Below are positions 25,923-39,123 of a stretch of 64,000 nt of DNA, piece by piece; the first letter of the stretch is position 1; each line of letters starts with the position of its first letter. Both the position numbers and the translations under genes were made by a program. The notes under the pieces were generated by a model, which worked only from the letters and a program-made list of their open reading frames with translations, was not told the origin of the DNA and made no database searches. The stretch comes from Octopus sinensis (Eukaryota), in assembly GCF_006345805.1 (NCBI RefSeq), contig NC_043020.1, positions 23,622,001 through 23,686,000 on the forward strand. Direction: 5' to 3'.

Positions 25923-28003
25923 ACCAATTTCACAAGTAAAACCAGCCAATTCTACGGTATACATAAGATCCACAAAAGTGAGAAAATAAGCAACGCATGC
26001 AAGATAGCTACAGACAAAATAATTAAAGTCCCTAACCCTAATGACCTCAAATTGAGACCCATAATAGCAGGTCCCGCATGCGAAACCCACCGCCTCAGTA
26101 ACTTTTTAGATACCCTGTTAAAACCACTCCTCAAACATGTCAAAAACTATATAAGGGACGACTTGGATATGCTCAATCACCTACCGAATACTATAAACAA
26201 AAAACACATACTGGTATCCTTCGATGTGTAGTCAACCTCTACTCCAATATCCCCCCACAACCTAGGACTAGAGGCAATCCAATTCTGGCTAGAGAATCAC
26301 GCCAACGAACTACCACATCGCATCAAAAATAATCGTGATAGAAAGGGTTAAATTCATCCTGGAAAATAACTTCTTCGCCTTCAATGACACATTCTACCGA
26401 CAAAAATCGGGGACTGCGATGGGTACACGAATGGCCCCCTCCTTTACCAGCCTAGTCATAGGATATCTAGAGATCAGTCTGTATCGTAAGGTTCTAGAAA
26501 GATATGGCAGCCCTTTCTCCATCTACAATAGAAAACAACTGGGAGAGAGATATCTAGATGACTGTTTCATTTGGCATATAAAAATATAGAAAAACTCATA
26601 GAATTCCAGGAAATTTAAAACGGACGGACGTAAACATCCAATTCACAATGGAAATAGCCAGCAACAACTCCCCTTCCTCGATATCCTCATTAAGAAAGAT
26701 AATATAATATAATAGAAACAGACATATATTATACGCCTAACAGACTCTAAGCAATATCTTCCATTCAATTCATGCCACCCCAGACACACCAGGATGAATA
26801 TCCCCTTCAATCAGCAAAAAGGATATGCACTATAGTCTCTAACGCAAACACCAGAGACACACGACTACAAGAACTAAAAGATACCTTATCACCAGGAACT
26901 ATCCACCTTCACTTATTGACAAGTGCATTCAACGTGCCCTTCAACTTAACATCAAGGAACTGAGACATCCCAAATCAAAGAAAAAACTACAACCAAAAGC
27001 CTTACCATACATCTCCACACACAATCCTCTCAATAACGAAGCCTTCGGCACCATCCTCCACAACATACCCCTCCTAAAAAAGACCACACAGAATGAACAC
27101 AATCCTCCGAACACACACGATCATAAAAAGCAAGAGACAACCTAAATTCATGAAAAGTCTCCTAACACAAGCCCGAATTCACTCTTCAACACAGAAGCCG
27201 ACAGTAAAAAAATGTGGAAGACCCAATTGCGGGATATGCGACTATCTAATTGAGGGATCAGAGTTATCCTTCAAACAGGGACAACGGTTTACAGTGAAAA
27301 GCAACTTCACATGTGCTTCGGAGAACCTAATATACTCACTAACCTGCTCCGGGTGTCAAGAGCAGTACATAGGCCAAACAAAAAAATTGTTTGCGTAAAC
27401 GAATGGCCCTGCACAGATCCCAGATAAAATTCCCCAAAACAGAAAAAATAGCTTTTATCCAACACATAGATACTTGCCCCAACAAAAAAACAACAAGCTT
27501 CAGGATTTTCCCCCCCCTCTACCATTTAGGGACAATACAACCACGAGACAACGAATAAGTAAAGAACTCTCTTTATTACAAAATACAGGCCACTTCTTAA
27601 CGGGTCTACGACAAACAATAATATACCTCAACTTTAGAATAAAAGAAATATACACACACAAATATTACATTCAAAGAATCCATTACTAATCAGCCCCAAT
27701 CACAGCTATAATCCATAACATGCCAACTTCAAGTCATACAACACCTCACTATTTCACCCATTCATATTCTCCCTTCTCTGTTTTTTTCTTCTTCTTCTCT
27801 TCTTCTTTTCATCATCATCATTATCATCAACATCGTCGTCATCATCATCACCACCATCATCATATCATCATCTTCTCCTTCTTCTTCTCTTCTTCTTCTC
27901 TTCTTCTTCTTCTTCTTCTTCATCATCATCATCATAATCAACATCGTCATCTTCTTCTTCTCATTCTTCTTCTGCTAATTCTCCACCTTCTACCTCTTAA
28001 CTT
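25920..28003 (+). mobile_element. 5'-truncated Neptune-like PLE (RT + Cys-rich linker + GIY-YIG), frameshifted
   Basis: LRPIIAGP, LVSFDV..LYSNIP, QKSGTAMGTRMAP, YLDD; CGRPNCGIC; NLIYSLTCSGCQEQYIGQT; 3' UTR runs into the gap. Confidence 0.9.
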
Positions 28004-28103
28004 NNNNNNNNNNNNNNNNNNNNNNNNNNNNNNNNNNNNNNNNNNNNNNNNNNNNNNNNNNNNNNNNNNNNNNNNNNNNNNNNNNNNNNNNNNNNNNNNN
28101 NNN
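28004..28103. other. Assembly gap (100 N)
   Basis: Run of N. Confidence 1.
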
Positions 28104-28181
28104 ATGAAAGATAGTTGTCTTTAGCATAAGAATAATTCTTTTTCTCTATGGGTGAATAACTCCAAAAAATGTATGCATAAT

Positions 28182-28254
<73 letters not shown>

Positions 28255-28258
<4 letters not shown>

Positions 28259-28599
28259 GTTTAAATATTTGTTGTGCAAGATTTTTATGTGAAGTCGTGT
28301 GTTGAAACAGATTTGTTATATTTCGGAATGGTCATTTTGCCAGTTTAGCCAATAAATAAAAACACACGCACTATATATTTGGTGTTATTTTGCTTCAGTG
28401 TTATTTATGTTTTACATTAATCTTAATCTTATTTCGGCCAGAGTTCTTTCGTCACACTTCTGTGACCGCATCAGTGGTCCTTTGTTTCCTTCTTTCTTAT
28501 TTGTGTCTCTCCTTACTAACCGTCAGCATTTTGTATTTCTATTGTATCAATAGAAATACAATAGAAATACAAAAAATCTTGCACAACAAATATTTAAAC

Positions 28600-28603
<4 letters not shown>
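28255..28603 (-). mobile_element. Fold-back mini-element in (TA)n with 32-bp inverted ends and an internal HHR-like motif (28438-28477)
   Basis: GTACGTTTAAATATTTGTTGTGCAAGATTTTT and its reverse complement at the ends; minus strand CCA CTGATGC G GTCAC-loop-GTGAC GAAA GAAC TC TGG. Confidence 0.6.
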
Positions 28604-28644
<41 letters not shown>

Positions 28645-28904
28645 GTACATACATACATCATACATAGTGTGTGTGTATGTTTGTATATATGTATATATGT
28701 ATTCCAGGGCATGATATGTCAAAAGAAACTATGTTAGGCCACACTTAGAATACTAGAAAAGTTTGAGAATAGATAGAATATTTAATCCATAATCGTTGGG
28801 CACAGTCACTAAACTCTTCTTTTATCGTTATCCCTCAGGACCAACTGCTACGAAGTATATACATGCGTGTGTGTGCGTGTATGTGCGCGTGTGACACAGG
28901 ATTA

Positions 28905-29062
28905 AACTTCCGAGTTCTTTTATAAGGCTTAGAAAAGCTGAACGAACGTTGCAACAAGTATGTGAATGTGAGACGGGGAATCTGTTGAATAAAATCATAA
29001 TTAATTTATCCTCCTGTATTTTCTTTTACCCAAGGCCAGAAACTCCTCAGCATCTCCTCGTA
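28905..29062 (+). mobile_element. Mariner-like 3' end relic
   Basis: Reads approximately LEKLNERCNKYVNVR-GESVE*, followed by a TIR-like end ...CTCCTCG+TA. Confidence 0.55.
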
Positions 29063-29479
29063 TAACTTAGTCTTTATAGTGAAGTCTATTTCCACGAAAG
29101 GCAAACCTTTTAAAGAGCAATTTATTCAACATTGTTGACTTTATAGATGTAACTGGAGGATGCATTATGTCATAGTATCAATACCAGAGAGGTTGTCATG
29201 TTCTTGGCGGGGTCAAAGGGGCCTGTAGAATCTGCATTGTCTCTACTCATTTCTCTGACTAATTTTCATGCAATCTTTCTGGTTGTACGAACATAACGAA
29301 AATAAATAAACCCGTAATTTGAAATTTACCTCTGCTATATACAATTGATATACGTACTGATTTTTATTAAAAATTTTGTAGAAACCATGGATGGCATGGA
29401 TCTAAAACAATGTGGTTGTTCAGGTGGAATACAAACTGAGCTGTCCATGCAAGGCTGAATCACTTAATCAGCCAGTCAA

Positions 29480-29810
29480 CAGGAATTTCCCAGCAAGTCT
29501 CGTCCTCGGAACTTTCCAGAAAGTCCTCGGAATTTTCCATGAATTCTCATCCTCGGAAACTTCCAGGAAGTTTCTCGTTCACGGACCTTTCCAGGAAGAC
29601 ATCGGAGTTTTCCAGGAAGTCTAATCCTCAGAAATTTCCTGGAAGTCATCGGAATTTTCCAGGAAGTCTCTCACCCTCGGAACTTCCCAGGAAGTCCGCG
29701 AAATTTTCCAGGAATCCTCATCCTCGGAAATTTCCAGGAATTCTCTCATCCTCGGAACTTTCCAGGAAGACATACGAACTTTCCAGGAAGTCTCTCATCC
29801 TCGGAACTTA
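29480..29810. repeat. Minisatellite of alternating ~21 and ~27-bp units with core CGGAAHTTTCCAGGAAG
   Basis: About 12 degenerate units seen directly. Confidence 0.85.
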
Positions 29811-30054
29811 TTCAGGTAACCAATTATTACTATGTGATTCAACAACTGACACTTACGTCTACCCAAATGAATCATTCATTATTTCAGGTAAAAGACCAGA
29901 TTAATTGGTGTCATCTGCCTTACGAACAATAGTTTTATTTCATGCTTCCGGTGCAACGCTTCTTTCGCGGATTCCCATGACTCTCCGTCGCTATCTGATT
30001 CCTCTGTTATGAATTTAAATCGGAAACTTGAGTCATAGTGAATCTTTCATAAGC

Positions 30055-30180
30055 TGGACACCACCTCAATGGACACCACCTCTGTGGACACCACCACTAT
30101 GGACACCACCTCTAGGGGCACCACCTCTATGGACACTACGTCTATGGACAACACCACCCATGGACACCACCTCTATGGAT
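30055..30180. repeat. 15-bp tandem repeat (ATGGACACCACCTCT) x about 8
   Basis: Direct inspection. Confidence 0.85.
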
Positions 30181-30691
30181 TCGTTGTAGTTACTCTCTTG
30201 AAAGAGTTTGGTCATCCTAACCGTTGATCTTCTAGGACACTTTCTCTCAGCACCAATGTAAGAAGCACCCTTGGCTCAATTGAACTCCTCTGCTACCACT
30301 TCTTGATCTGCTAGGCTGCAGTTCCATGGCTTCGCAGTATCCCTGGCAGGATGGCAGAACGGGTACTATGCTTTGCCGAAAGGCAACCCGTTACTATGTT
30401 AGGTATTTTAAAAATACCCGCATACGAAATAACTTGTATGAGTAAACCTAATTCTAGAAAAAAAGATTGCTATTCCAGTGGTTTTTGCTAGAACTGGTGC
30501 GAATTTGCTCAAATGTGGCAAAATTTTTCATTCTTCATTGCCGCACAATTTTGCGAAACTCCGGAGTTGCTGGGAAAAATTAAAAGTTTACTCTAAAAAG
30601 CCTTGACCTTTCAGTTGACTGTTAATTTTTTTATATATATAACTTGACAAAAACAAACATTTATGTAAATGTAAGTAGATACATGTATTAA

Positions 30692-30788
<97 letters not shown>

Positions 30789-32131
30789 GCGTCCCGATGG
30801 TCAGGCGATCCATTTGCTGTCAACACCCGTTAAAAGGAGGGCTGGGCATGCCGTGGTTGATGATGCGCAGACACGCGCTGAGACTGCGACATCTCTGGCT
30901 CTATGTAGACGACGGTGAACAGGTGTGGTCGCCGTTTGTGAGGCACGCTTTCCCGCAGCTCGTCTCCATGACCGAACTGCAGTCGTGGATCAAAAAGAGG
31001 CCGAGGAAGGGCGAATGGCACGCGAGTGTCGCGTTGCTCTCAAGCAACTCTGCCGTCCTGGTCGACCTTAAGTGACTTCAACACAACCAAAGCATTCTAT
31101 AGGGGTTTAGTGGAGGGGAGGTACGACGACGAGCTCGGGGCGAACCTGGACGTCGACGAGGAGTTACCTGACCCGCCTGTTCGGACGACTTTCGGGCCAG
31201 GGCCCATGGACAACTTCCAGAGATCCCTGGCCTGGCGGTGCTACCGAGAAGCGCTACCCGTTCGGGATAAGCTCTACAGACACGGCTCGAGAAACACGGG
31301 GCCGACCTGCCCGAGATGCGGTCAGAGCGACGAAACCGTTCTGCACGCACTCGTTCAGTGTCCAACAATTTCCGACCTGTGGGCTTATGTCGAACAACTG
31401 CTGTCACGTGTGGGACGAGTCGGTTTATCAGCTGAGTCTATCGTCAATATTGTCACGCCTCCTTCCTTCAAACGGGAAGGAAGAGCTATTTTCATCATCC
31501 TTGTGGCTATGGCGAAAGAATGTATCTGGTGGACGCGTCTGAAGGGATTGGAGACAAACACTTTCCTCTCTGGTCAATCTCTCATCAACTTCTTCAAGTA
31601 CCACTTGAAAAGGAAAGTGAGAGTAGAGAGGCAAGTTTTGTCTAGCGAATGTTTTAAAAAAAGATGGGTGAATGTAGCAAGAATGGCACGTGAAGGCGTT
31701 ATGAACAAGCCACCTTGAGCATAGTCCTATGAACCCAGAAATCGAAAACAGAGAGTTGCTTATTTGCAAAAAAAAAAAAAAAAAAAAGAAATATAAAATG
31801 TGACTCATTGACCGAGGTTACCGTGGTCTTTTCCGTAGGCTTTCTTTCCACGGGTAAACCTCACCTGTCCCCCCCTTTACACTTCATATTGACATTTCTG
31901 TGATAACGATCCCTATTGATCAATTTTTTTTTCCTCTTCCCCTTTTTTTTTTTTTTTTTTTTTTTTTTAACCCCCTTTTTTTTGTCCTCTTTCTCTCCTT
32001 TTACGATCCCTTTTGATCGAAACTCCCCCCTTCCTTTTTTTTTTTTTTTTTTTTTTTAAACCTTCAAAAGAAAAGCTCTACCTTGTAATTTGTTCTATCT
32101 GTGTGCAGCCCTGTGTGGCTAATAAAGAAAC
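30789..32131 (+). mobile_element. L1/Tx1-type LINE, 5'-truncated (ORF2 C-terminus with zinc finger, plus 3' UTR)
   Basis: KGGLGMP; AWRCYREALPVRDKL...CPRCGQSDETVLHALVQC (zf-RVT-like); ends AATAAAGAAAC; (TATC)n/(TACC)n on both sides. Confidence 0.85.
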
Positions 32132-32267
32132 ATATCTACCTACCTACCTACCTACCTACCTACCTACCTACCTACCTACATACCTACCTATTTACCTACT
32201 TACCTACCTATCTATCTATCTATCTATCAATCTCTCTATCTACCTCTCTCTCTATCTATCTATCTAC

Positions 32268-32308
<41 letters not shown>

Positions 32309-32687
32309 ATATAACAATATTGACCAAGGTTACTGTGGTCTTTTTCGTAGGCTTTTCTTCCCACAGATAAACCTTACTTGTTTTCCCCTTTACACCATAC
32401 ATCATGACACTGTGATACACGATCCCTATTGATCGTTTTTTTCCTCTTCCCCTTTTTCCCTCTTTTTTATTCTTTTTTCATTTTTCTTTTCTTTTGTTCC
32501 TTTTCCATTTTTTCTTTTTTTCCCTTTTTTTTTTTTTTTCATTTTTTTGTTCTTTTTTCCCTTTTACCATCCCTTTTGATCGAAAACCTACGCCACCTTT
32601 TTTTTAAATTTTTTCTCCCCCAAAAGAAAAGCTCTACCTTGTAACTTGTCCTATCTGTGTGCAGCCCTGTGTGGCCAATAAATAAAC
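32309..32687 (+). mobile_element. Same LINE family, 3' UTR only
   Basis: Matches the 3' UTR of the neighbouring copies; TATC arrays on both sides. Confidence 0.8.
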
Positions 32688-32706
32688 TTATCCTCTCTCT
32701 CTCTCT

Positions 32707-32757
<51 letters not shown>

Positions 32758-32820
32758 CTACCTACCTACCTACCTACCTACCTACCTACCTACCTACCTA
32801 TCTATCTATCTATCTATCTA

Positions 32821-33568
32821 ATGTCGAACAACTGCTGTCACGTGTGGGTCGAGTCGGTTTATCAGCTGAGTTTATCGTCAATATTGTCACGCCTCCTTCC
32901 TTCAAACGGGAAGGAAGAGCTATTTTCACCATCCTTCTGGCTATGGCGAAAGAATGTATCTGGTGGACGCGTCTTAAAGGATTGGAGACAAACACTTTCC
33001 TCTCTGGTCAACCTCTCATCAACTTCTTCAAGTACCACTTGAAAAGGAAAGTGAGAGTAGAGAGACAAGTTTTGTCTAGCGAACGTTTCAAAAAAAGATG
33101 GGTGAACGTAGCAAGGATGGCACGTATGAATGACGAAGCCACCTTGAGCATAATCCTATGAACCCAGAAATTGAAAACAGATGTGGTAACATATAACAAT
33201 ATTGACCAAGGTTACCGTGGTCTTTTTCGTAGGCTTTTCTTCCCACGGATAAACCTTACTTGCTTTCCCCTTTACACCATACATCATGACACTGTGATAC
33301 ACGATCCCTATTGATCGTTTTTTCCTCTCCCCCTTTTTCCCTATTTTTTCTTCCTTTTTCCTTTTTCTTTTCTTTTGTTCCTTTTCCCTTTTTTCTTTTT
33401 TTTCTTTTCCTCTTTGTTCCTTTTTCTTGTACTTTTTTCCCTTTTACCATCCCTTTTGATCGAAAACCCTCGCCACCTTTTTTTTCTTTTTTTTCATCCC
33501 TCAAAAGAAAAGCTCTACCTTGTAACTTGTCCCATCTGTGTGCAGCCCTGTGTGGCCAATAAAGAAAC
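32821..33568 (+). mobile_element. Same LINE family, ORF2 end plus 3' UTR
   Basis: ORF 32844-33161 matches 31026-31718; TATC arrays on both sides. Confidence 0.85.
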
Positions 33569-33686
<118 letters not shown>

Positions 33687-33731
33687 CCTACCTACCTACC
33701 TACCTACCTACCTACCTACCTACCTACCTAC

Positions 33732-33798
<67 letters not shown>

Positions 33799-34001
33799 AT
33801 GTAATCCAAAACAGGGTAAATTCCAACCGAACTGAGATAATATCTCGAATATATGAACACATAGGAACGTTAAGAAGAAATAGAATATTCTAAGAAAAGC
33901 CAGTTTAGCATTTAAGCTTATGGTAATGTCAGTAGATAACGAAAGGGTAAAAAATAAACACAGACAGGAATTCCATTACATTGTTTAGCTATCTAGCTAT
34001 G

Positions 34002-34034
<33 letters not shown>

Positions 34035-34065
34035 TGTATGTTTGTATGTATGTATGTATGTATAT

Positions 34066-34122
<57 letters not shown>

Positions 34123-34129
34123 GTATGTA

Positions 34130-34177
<48 letters not shown>

Positions 34178-34610
34178 TATGCATATATCCACATCGTTTC
34201 AAGTTCAATCCCATTGCACAGCAGCTTTGAAAAGTAAGTGCCTTCTATTATAGACCACAACCACCCAATACTTTGTGACTGGATTAGGTAGAGGAAAATG
34301 AAGGAAGTTCGGCGTATATACGTTGTGTGTATGTGCTAGTGTGTGTGTTTGTGTGTGTGTGTGTGCGTATGCGTATGCCTATGTGTGTGCTCGTGTGTCT
34401 TTGGGGTTTTTTTCATGTGTCTCTCCACCGCCAGACAACCGGTATTGATTTCTTTACATCTTGTAACTTAGCAGTTCGGCAAAAGTGACCGATAGAATAA
34501 GTGTCACACTTACAAAGAAAACTAATTACATAGATGGCCCATTTACTCAACTAAAACCATTTAAGTTGGTGACTCGGGGTGACTACAGCTCAGTGAGTGA
34601 CACAATGTAA

Positions 34611-36884
34611 CCCTTAGTCTACCAGGGAAAGTGTATATCACCAACTACAAACTGGGTCCAATGGACCCAATATTTTTCTTTTAATTAAATCTTATTCAAA
34701 CTACCACTATTTCTTAGCTACATTATAAATGTTATCATGGGAAAAAAATTGTTGTTCTTCACAAATTTTAATTTAAAAAATACAGCTTATAGAATATATT
34801 ATGAATTATAAAACTTTCAAAAATAGAATCACAGCTTTTCATGGAGGTGAATGCAGGTAACATTGGAATGTACTTGGCAAACATGGATATTACAATTCTT
34901 ACATGTAGTGCAAGTTTTCCTTTCTTTTTTTGGGCCACACAAAGAACATTTTCCTTTTTCTTTGGTTGAGGAATCTAAAATGAGGTTGAAGATCGCCTTC
35001 TTTTCTTGTTTGGTTGAGAAATGTTAGCAGAACTAGAACAGTATTTTGTTTATCAGTAACTCCAGCAAGTTCCTTTCCTAACTGAATTAGGTACCGTCTC
35101 CTTTTATACTTGAAACTGTGCATGTGAAGCTGTTAAGCAACAATGAAAGCATTCACTGCACTTATATCAATATAACCTTAGGCCATCTTCGAGTTATTCT
35201 TTTGCAAGTGTATCTACTCCTCCTTTTGTTTTGTTGTAACATGTTATTGTGCTCTTGATTTCTCTTTCTTTTCCTTTTGTGAAAGCACTTGGAAGTTCAG
35301 TTCTGTTCTTTCTGATTGTTCCACCTTAAGTAGTTTTCTTGCTAAGCAGCTCTCGAGTCAATCATAGACTTGTAAAAAAATTATCACAAGTTAAAATTGC
35401 AACCTGTATTTTCAAGTTCTTTTAGTAGGTCTTCAACATCTCTTGAACCTTGATTTCTCTCTCTCTCTCTATCTCTCTCTCTTACTGGTTCTTTTCCAGT
35501 GCAGATTTCCAAATTTTAATTCCGTATTTCCCTGATTTTGAAGGAATATTTACCCGGAATGGGTGGTGCCCTCTGAATGAAACTAAATGTTTATCAACTG
35601 TCATGCATGAACTTGGAACATATCGAAATTCTGATTCCACATTTCGAATACTTCTCATATGGGCCCCAATTTATCATTACTTCTCTTTTTTCTTCTGGCA
35701 CTAGCATCATCAAAAACGCAATACTTGTAAAAACTGTTGAAATCTTCCACGGCAAATTTTGTTGAATATTGGGCGGCTATCTTGACTCCAAAACTGTGTG
35801 ACATTTTCATGTTTAGATTTATAAACACTTCTAAGAATAATCAGTTCAATAAATTTCTTTAGTTCAGAGTGATCAATTCCCTTTCATTTATCTTTGTAAA
35901 CAATCTGATCTTCAACATTTATCCATTTACAAATTACTTCAAGAAGATTCTAGTACATAAAGATAGTAAAACCAGTTTCAATACTATCGCAAGACCTTTT
36001 GGTAAAACGGGATGGTCAACATACTTGGCACACATTATTGCAAGATGAAATTCTTACTGCTGCTTGAGTAAGAAGATTAGAATGCCAAACTTCTTGCCTG
36101 TCTCTAGAAACATATTGCTCATTCATAACTGTGTGGCTTGCAGATAATTGTTTTTTAGCATCTTCATCATCTGATGACACAGAATCTAAACTGTCCTGCA
36201 CATAATCACTTTCACTATCATCTTCAGGGGAATAGAAGGAATCACTACTGTCTTCTTCCCATTCTTCATATAATTCCAATAACCTTTCCGATATTTGGTT
36301 TCACTCAAGGTTTCGCGTCTAAGAATATATGAAAGCACAACTGCACTATATGAAACTTGATAGCAGACCAAAGGCAGATATTGCTCTCTCACATATTTAT
36401 ACTCTCCTGAAAGATGATGCAATATATTGTAAGAATTGCGTCATCATATAGAAATATTGTATCACCCTGTAACCTAGCAGATTGAAGGTGATGCAATACC
36501 ACACAAATTTACAGGAATATTTTCATAATTTTTCCTATCTTGTCTAAAATTCAGCAAATAAATTGAGCACAAGTTTATCTATTTTATATCTGATAAATAT
36601 CTAGGAAAATAATATTTGATACTACTTAAAATTCTGTTTAAAATGACAAAAGTATTGTCTGAATTTAATTCGAAGGTCGAATGGACCCATACGGTAATTA
36701 ATGTATAAAGTGAAATTTTCTAGCTTTTATAAACATATGAAAAGTTTCCCATTTGACTAATAAAAGAGGTTCAAGAAAAAATAAGAGTTACGAGAAATCA
36801 GCAATTTTTAAATAATATAAACAATAGGACAAAGCAACTGAGAAAACTGAAATGAGTCCATTGGACCTATTGGTAAACAGCAGG
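34611..36884 (-). mobile_element. Decayed piggyBac transposon
   Basis: Acidic N-terminus (36279-36016), PGBD-like IPGKY motif (~35540), RRRYLIQLGKELAG (35123-34899); degenerate TIRs sharing GGTCCAATGGAC; TTAA at 36885-36888, left site reads GTAA. Confidence 0.7.
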
Positions 36885-37479
36885 TTAAAGGGGGAAATAT
36901 ATAACTTGCTAATTGATCTACTAAACAGTTGAATATCATTTTCTTTCCCAGGTGTTTTATGTTACGAGTGTGTCATTATCAAAATTATACTTAACGAGCA
37001 TTAACGAAACGACGCACTTGAATTGAACAACAATTGAAATAATGTTTAATAGCTTTTAATTTTGATTTATTTTAGATAAAAATTAAAAATATAAAACATG
37101 ACATTAAACTTTGTATTTTGAGAATGGCCTTTTACCAAGAATAATTTTTCCTAAAGAGTGAATATACGATGTATGTGATTCAAGTGGCATTTTGAAACTA
37201 TATTAAGGTATCTAAATTTTTAATTAGCTGTCATCCTTTATATTGACACACTCAAGCTACAACTCCTCACGTTTTAAATTCCTTCTTGAAAATGTTTTGT
37301 GTATGAAATCCGTTTCTGTGAATTATAAAATCGCGAAAAGAATTCAAAAGTTGTTGAGACCTCTTGTAAAAATAGAAAGATGACAGAAACTATTCTAATT
37401 ATACGAAACCAGCTGTGAAAATGATCTACAAAAGTTGTAATATTTATGGATAAGAGGAAAATCAACACCTATTTTAGTG

Positions 37480-38300
37480 CCAAACTAAAAGATTAACAGC
37501 GGGACTCGCAGCAAACTAGCGAAGGTACACAAATATCTAAATGCGACCGAGGTAGCTACAGAAGAAGACTGAAAAAAGTTAAAACTCTACTCCCTAAAAT
37601 GAAGGCGAGGAGTATACATTGCCATATCACGTGATCACGTGAGCGACCAGTCCATCAGATGTAATTACACATCGCTGGTCACAATGCATTCGCATTGTTT
37701 TAGCCTTCGAATGACGCCACCCTGCTGGCTAAGCGAGCAGGCCAACAGAAGAAAGAGTGAGAGAAAGAGTGGTGAAAGAGTAAAGCAGGGATTACCACCC
37801 CCTGCCGGAGCCTCGTGGAGATTTTAGGTGTTTTCGCTCAATAAACACTCACAACGCCCGGTCTGGGAATCGAAACCGCGATCCTACGACCGCGAGTCCG
37901 CTTCCCTAACCACTGGGCCATTGCGTCTCCACACATTGCCATGTACAACAGGAAAATCTTGGAAGGACTTTTACCAAACTTTGACATCGAAAATTACACA
38001 AACCCGAGAAAAGGCCTCCATCGCATAATAGCAATTAGCCCAACATCGCCATTAACGTACAGGAACAGATATTGCAGCAGCTTGGGTTTCAAGGGTTTAC
38101 GGTTCGTCAGTATCCTCCTCCGATGTCTGAGAGATTTATATGTGGTGGATGTGTCTTCAAAAAAAAAAAGACAAAGCTGGATCATCGCCTCTCAAGAGGT
38201 TCGTTGGCAGGAAAGGCAAATGACGGAAACAACGACAAACTTCCCCATAAACCAAAATGCTATATCTCTGTAGAGGTTTCAAGTAATGTAAATGTTTAAA
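37480..38300 (+). mobile_element. Possible decayed LINE ORF1, split by a SINE
   Basis: Coding-like reading continues across the SINE insertion; Cys motif PKCYI near 38260; weak. Confidence 0.3.
37626..37932 (-). mobile_element. Type C SINE, full length, with a 10-bp TSD
   Basis: ACATTGCCAT at 37616-37625 and 37933-37942. Confidence 0.9.
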
Positions 38301-38363
38301 AACTAACAGCAGCGTCCCACCATAGCTGTACCTCTCGAGGTGAAGCAAGTAAAAGGGTGCGTG

Positions 38364-38395
<32 letters not shown>

Positions 38396-38688
38396 TATAT
38401 GTATGTATCTCTGTATATATATTTATATACACATGTATATATAGAAATATATATATATATATATATATAACATATGTGTATAGTATATATATGTATATAT
38501 ATATAGATAGCTAGATAGATAGATATATACATATATACATGAATATAATATGTGTGTGGGTGTCTAGGAGTGTATAAACACGTGTGCATACATATACCTA
38601 TATATATAATCATATATATATTCATATGTGTGATTAAAGGCACATATTTCTAGACATGTATATACATATATGCATGTATATCCATATG

Positions 38689-38727
<39 letters not shown>

Positions 38728-38761
38728 GCATATATATATGTGTGTATATGTATATATATAT

Positions 38762-38795
<34 letters not shown>

Positions 38796-38797
38796 TC

Positions 38798-39025
38798 CGT
38801 ACCGGTCATACAAAAAGGGACCGCGTGTGTACCGTTGGCGATTTTTTTCCTCCGTCTTCCCTTCTTTGGATCTATCCATTTCCTATGTTTCTGAAGAAGA
38901 GCTCCGCTCGAAACGTTAAACTCTTCTTCTTTCCTTCTTTCCTGAGCATCCAATAACACTATACTTGTTCCACGTCCTCGCGTTGTTGTGTTTTCTCTTT
39001 GTGTTTTCATGTTTGGATTAACTTT
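38798..39025 (+). mobile_element. Short PLE-end-like element in (TA)n with a minimal HHR at 38887-38921
   Basis: GTTT CTGAAGA A GAGC-TCC-GCTC GAAA CG TT AAAC; T-rich 3' end; TA arrays on both sides. Confidence 0.75.
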
Positions 39026-39069
39026 ATATATATATATATATATATATATACATACATACATACTGACAG

Positions 39070-39123
<54 letters not shown>

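Noticed and set aside
29480-30180. Repeat arrays as CRISPR-like, or the 121-aa ORF as a gene
   Set aside because: Tandem degenerate units without unique spacers, eukaryotic context, no cas genes; the ORF is a translation of the repeat
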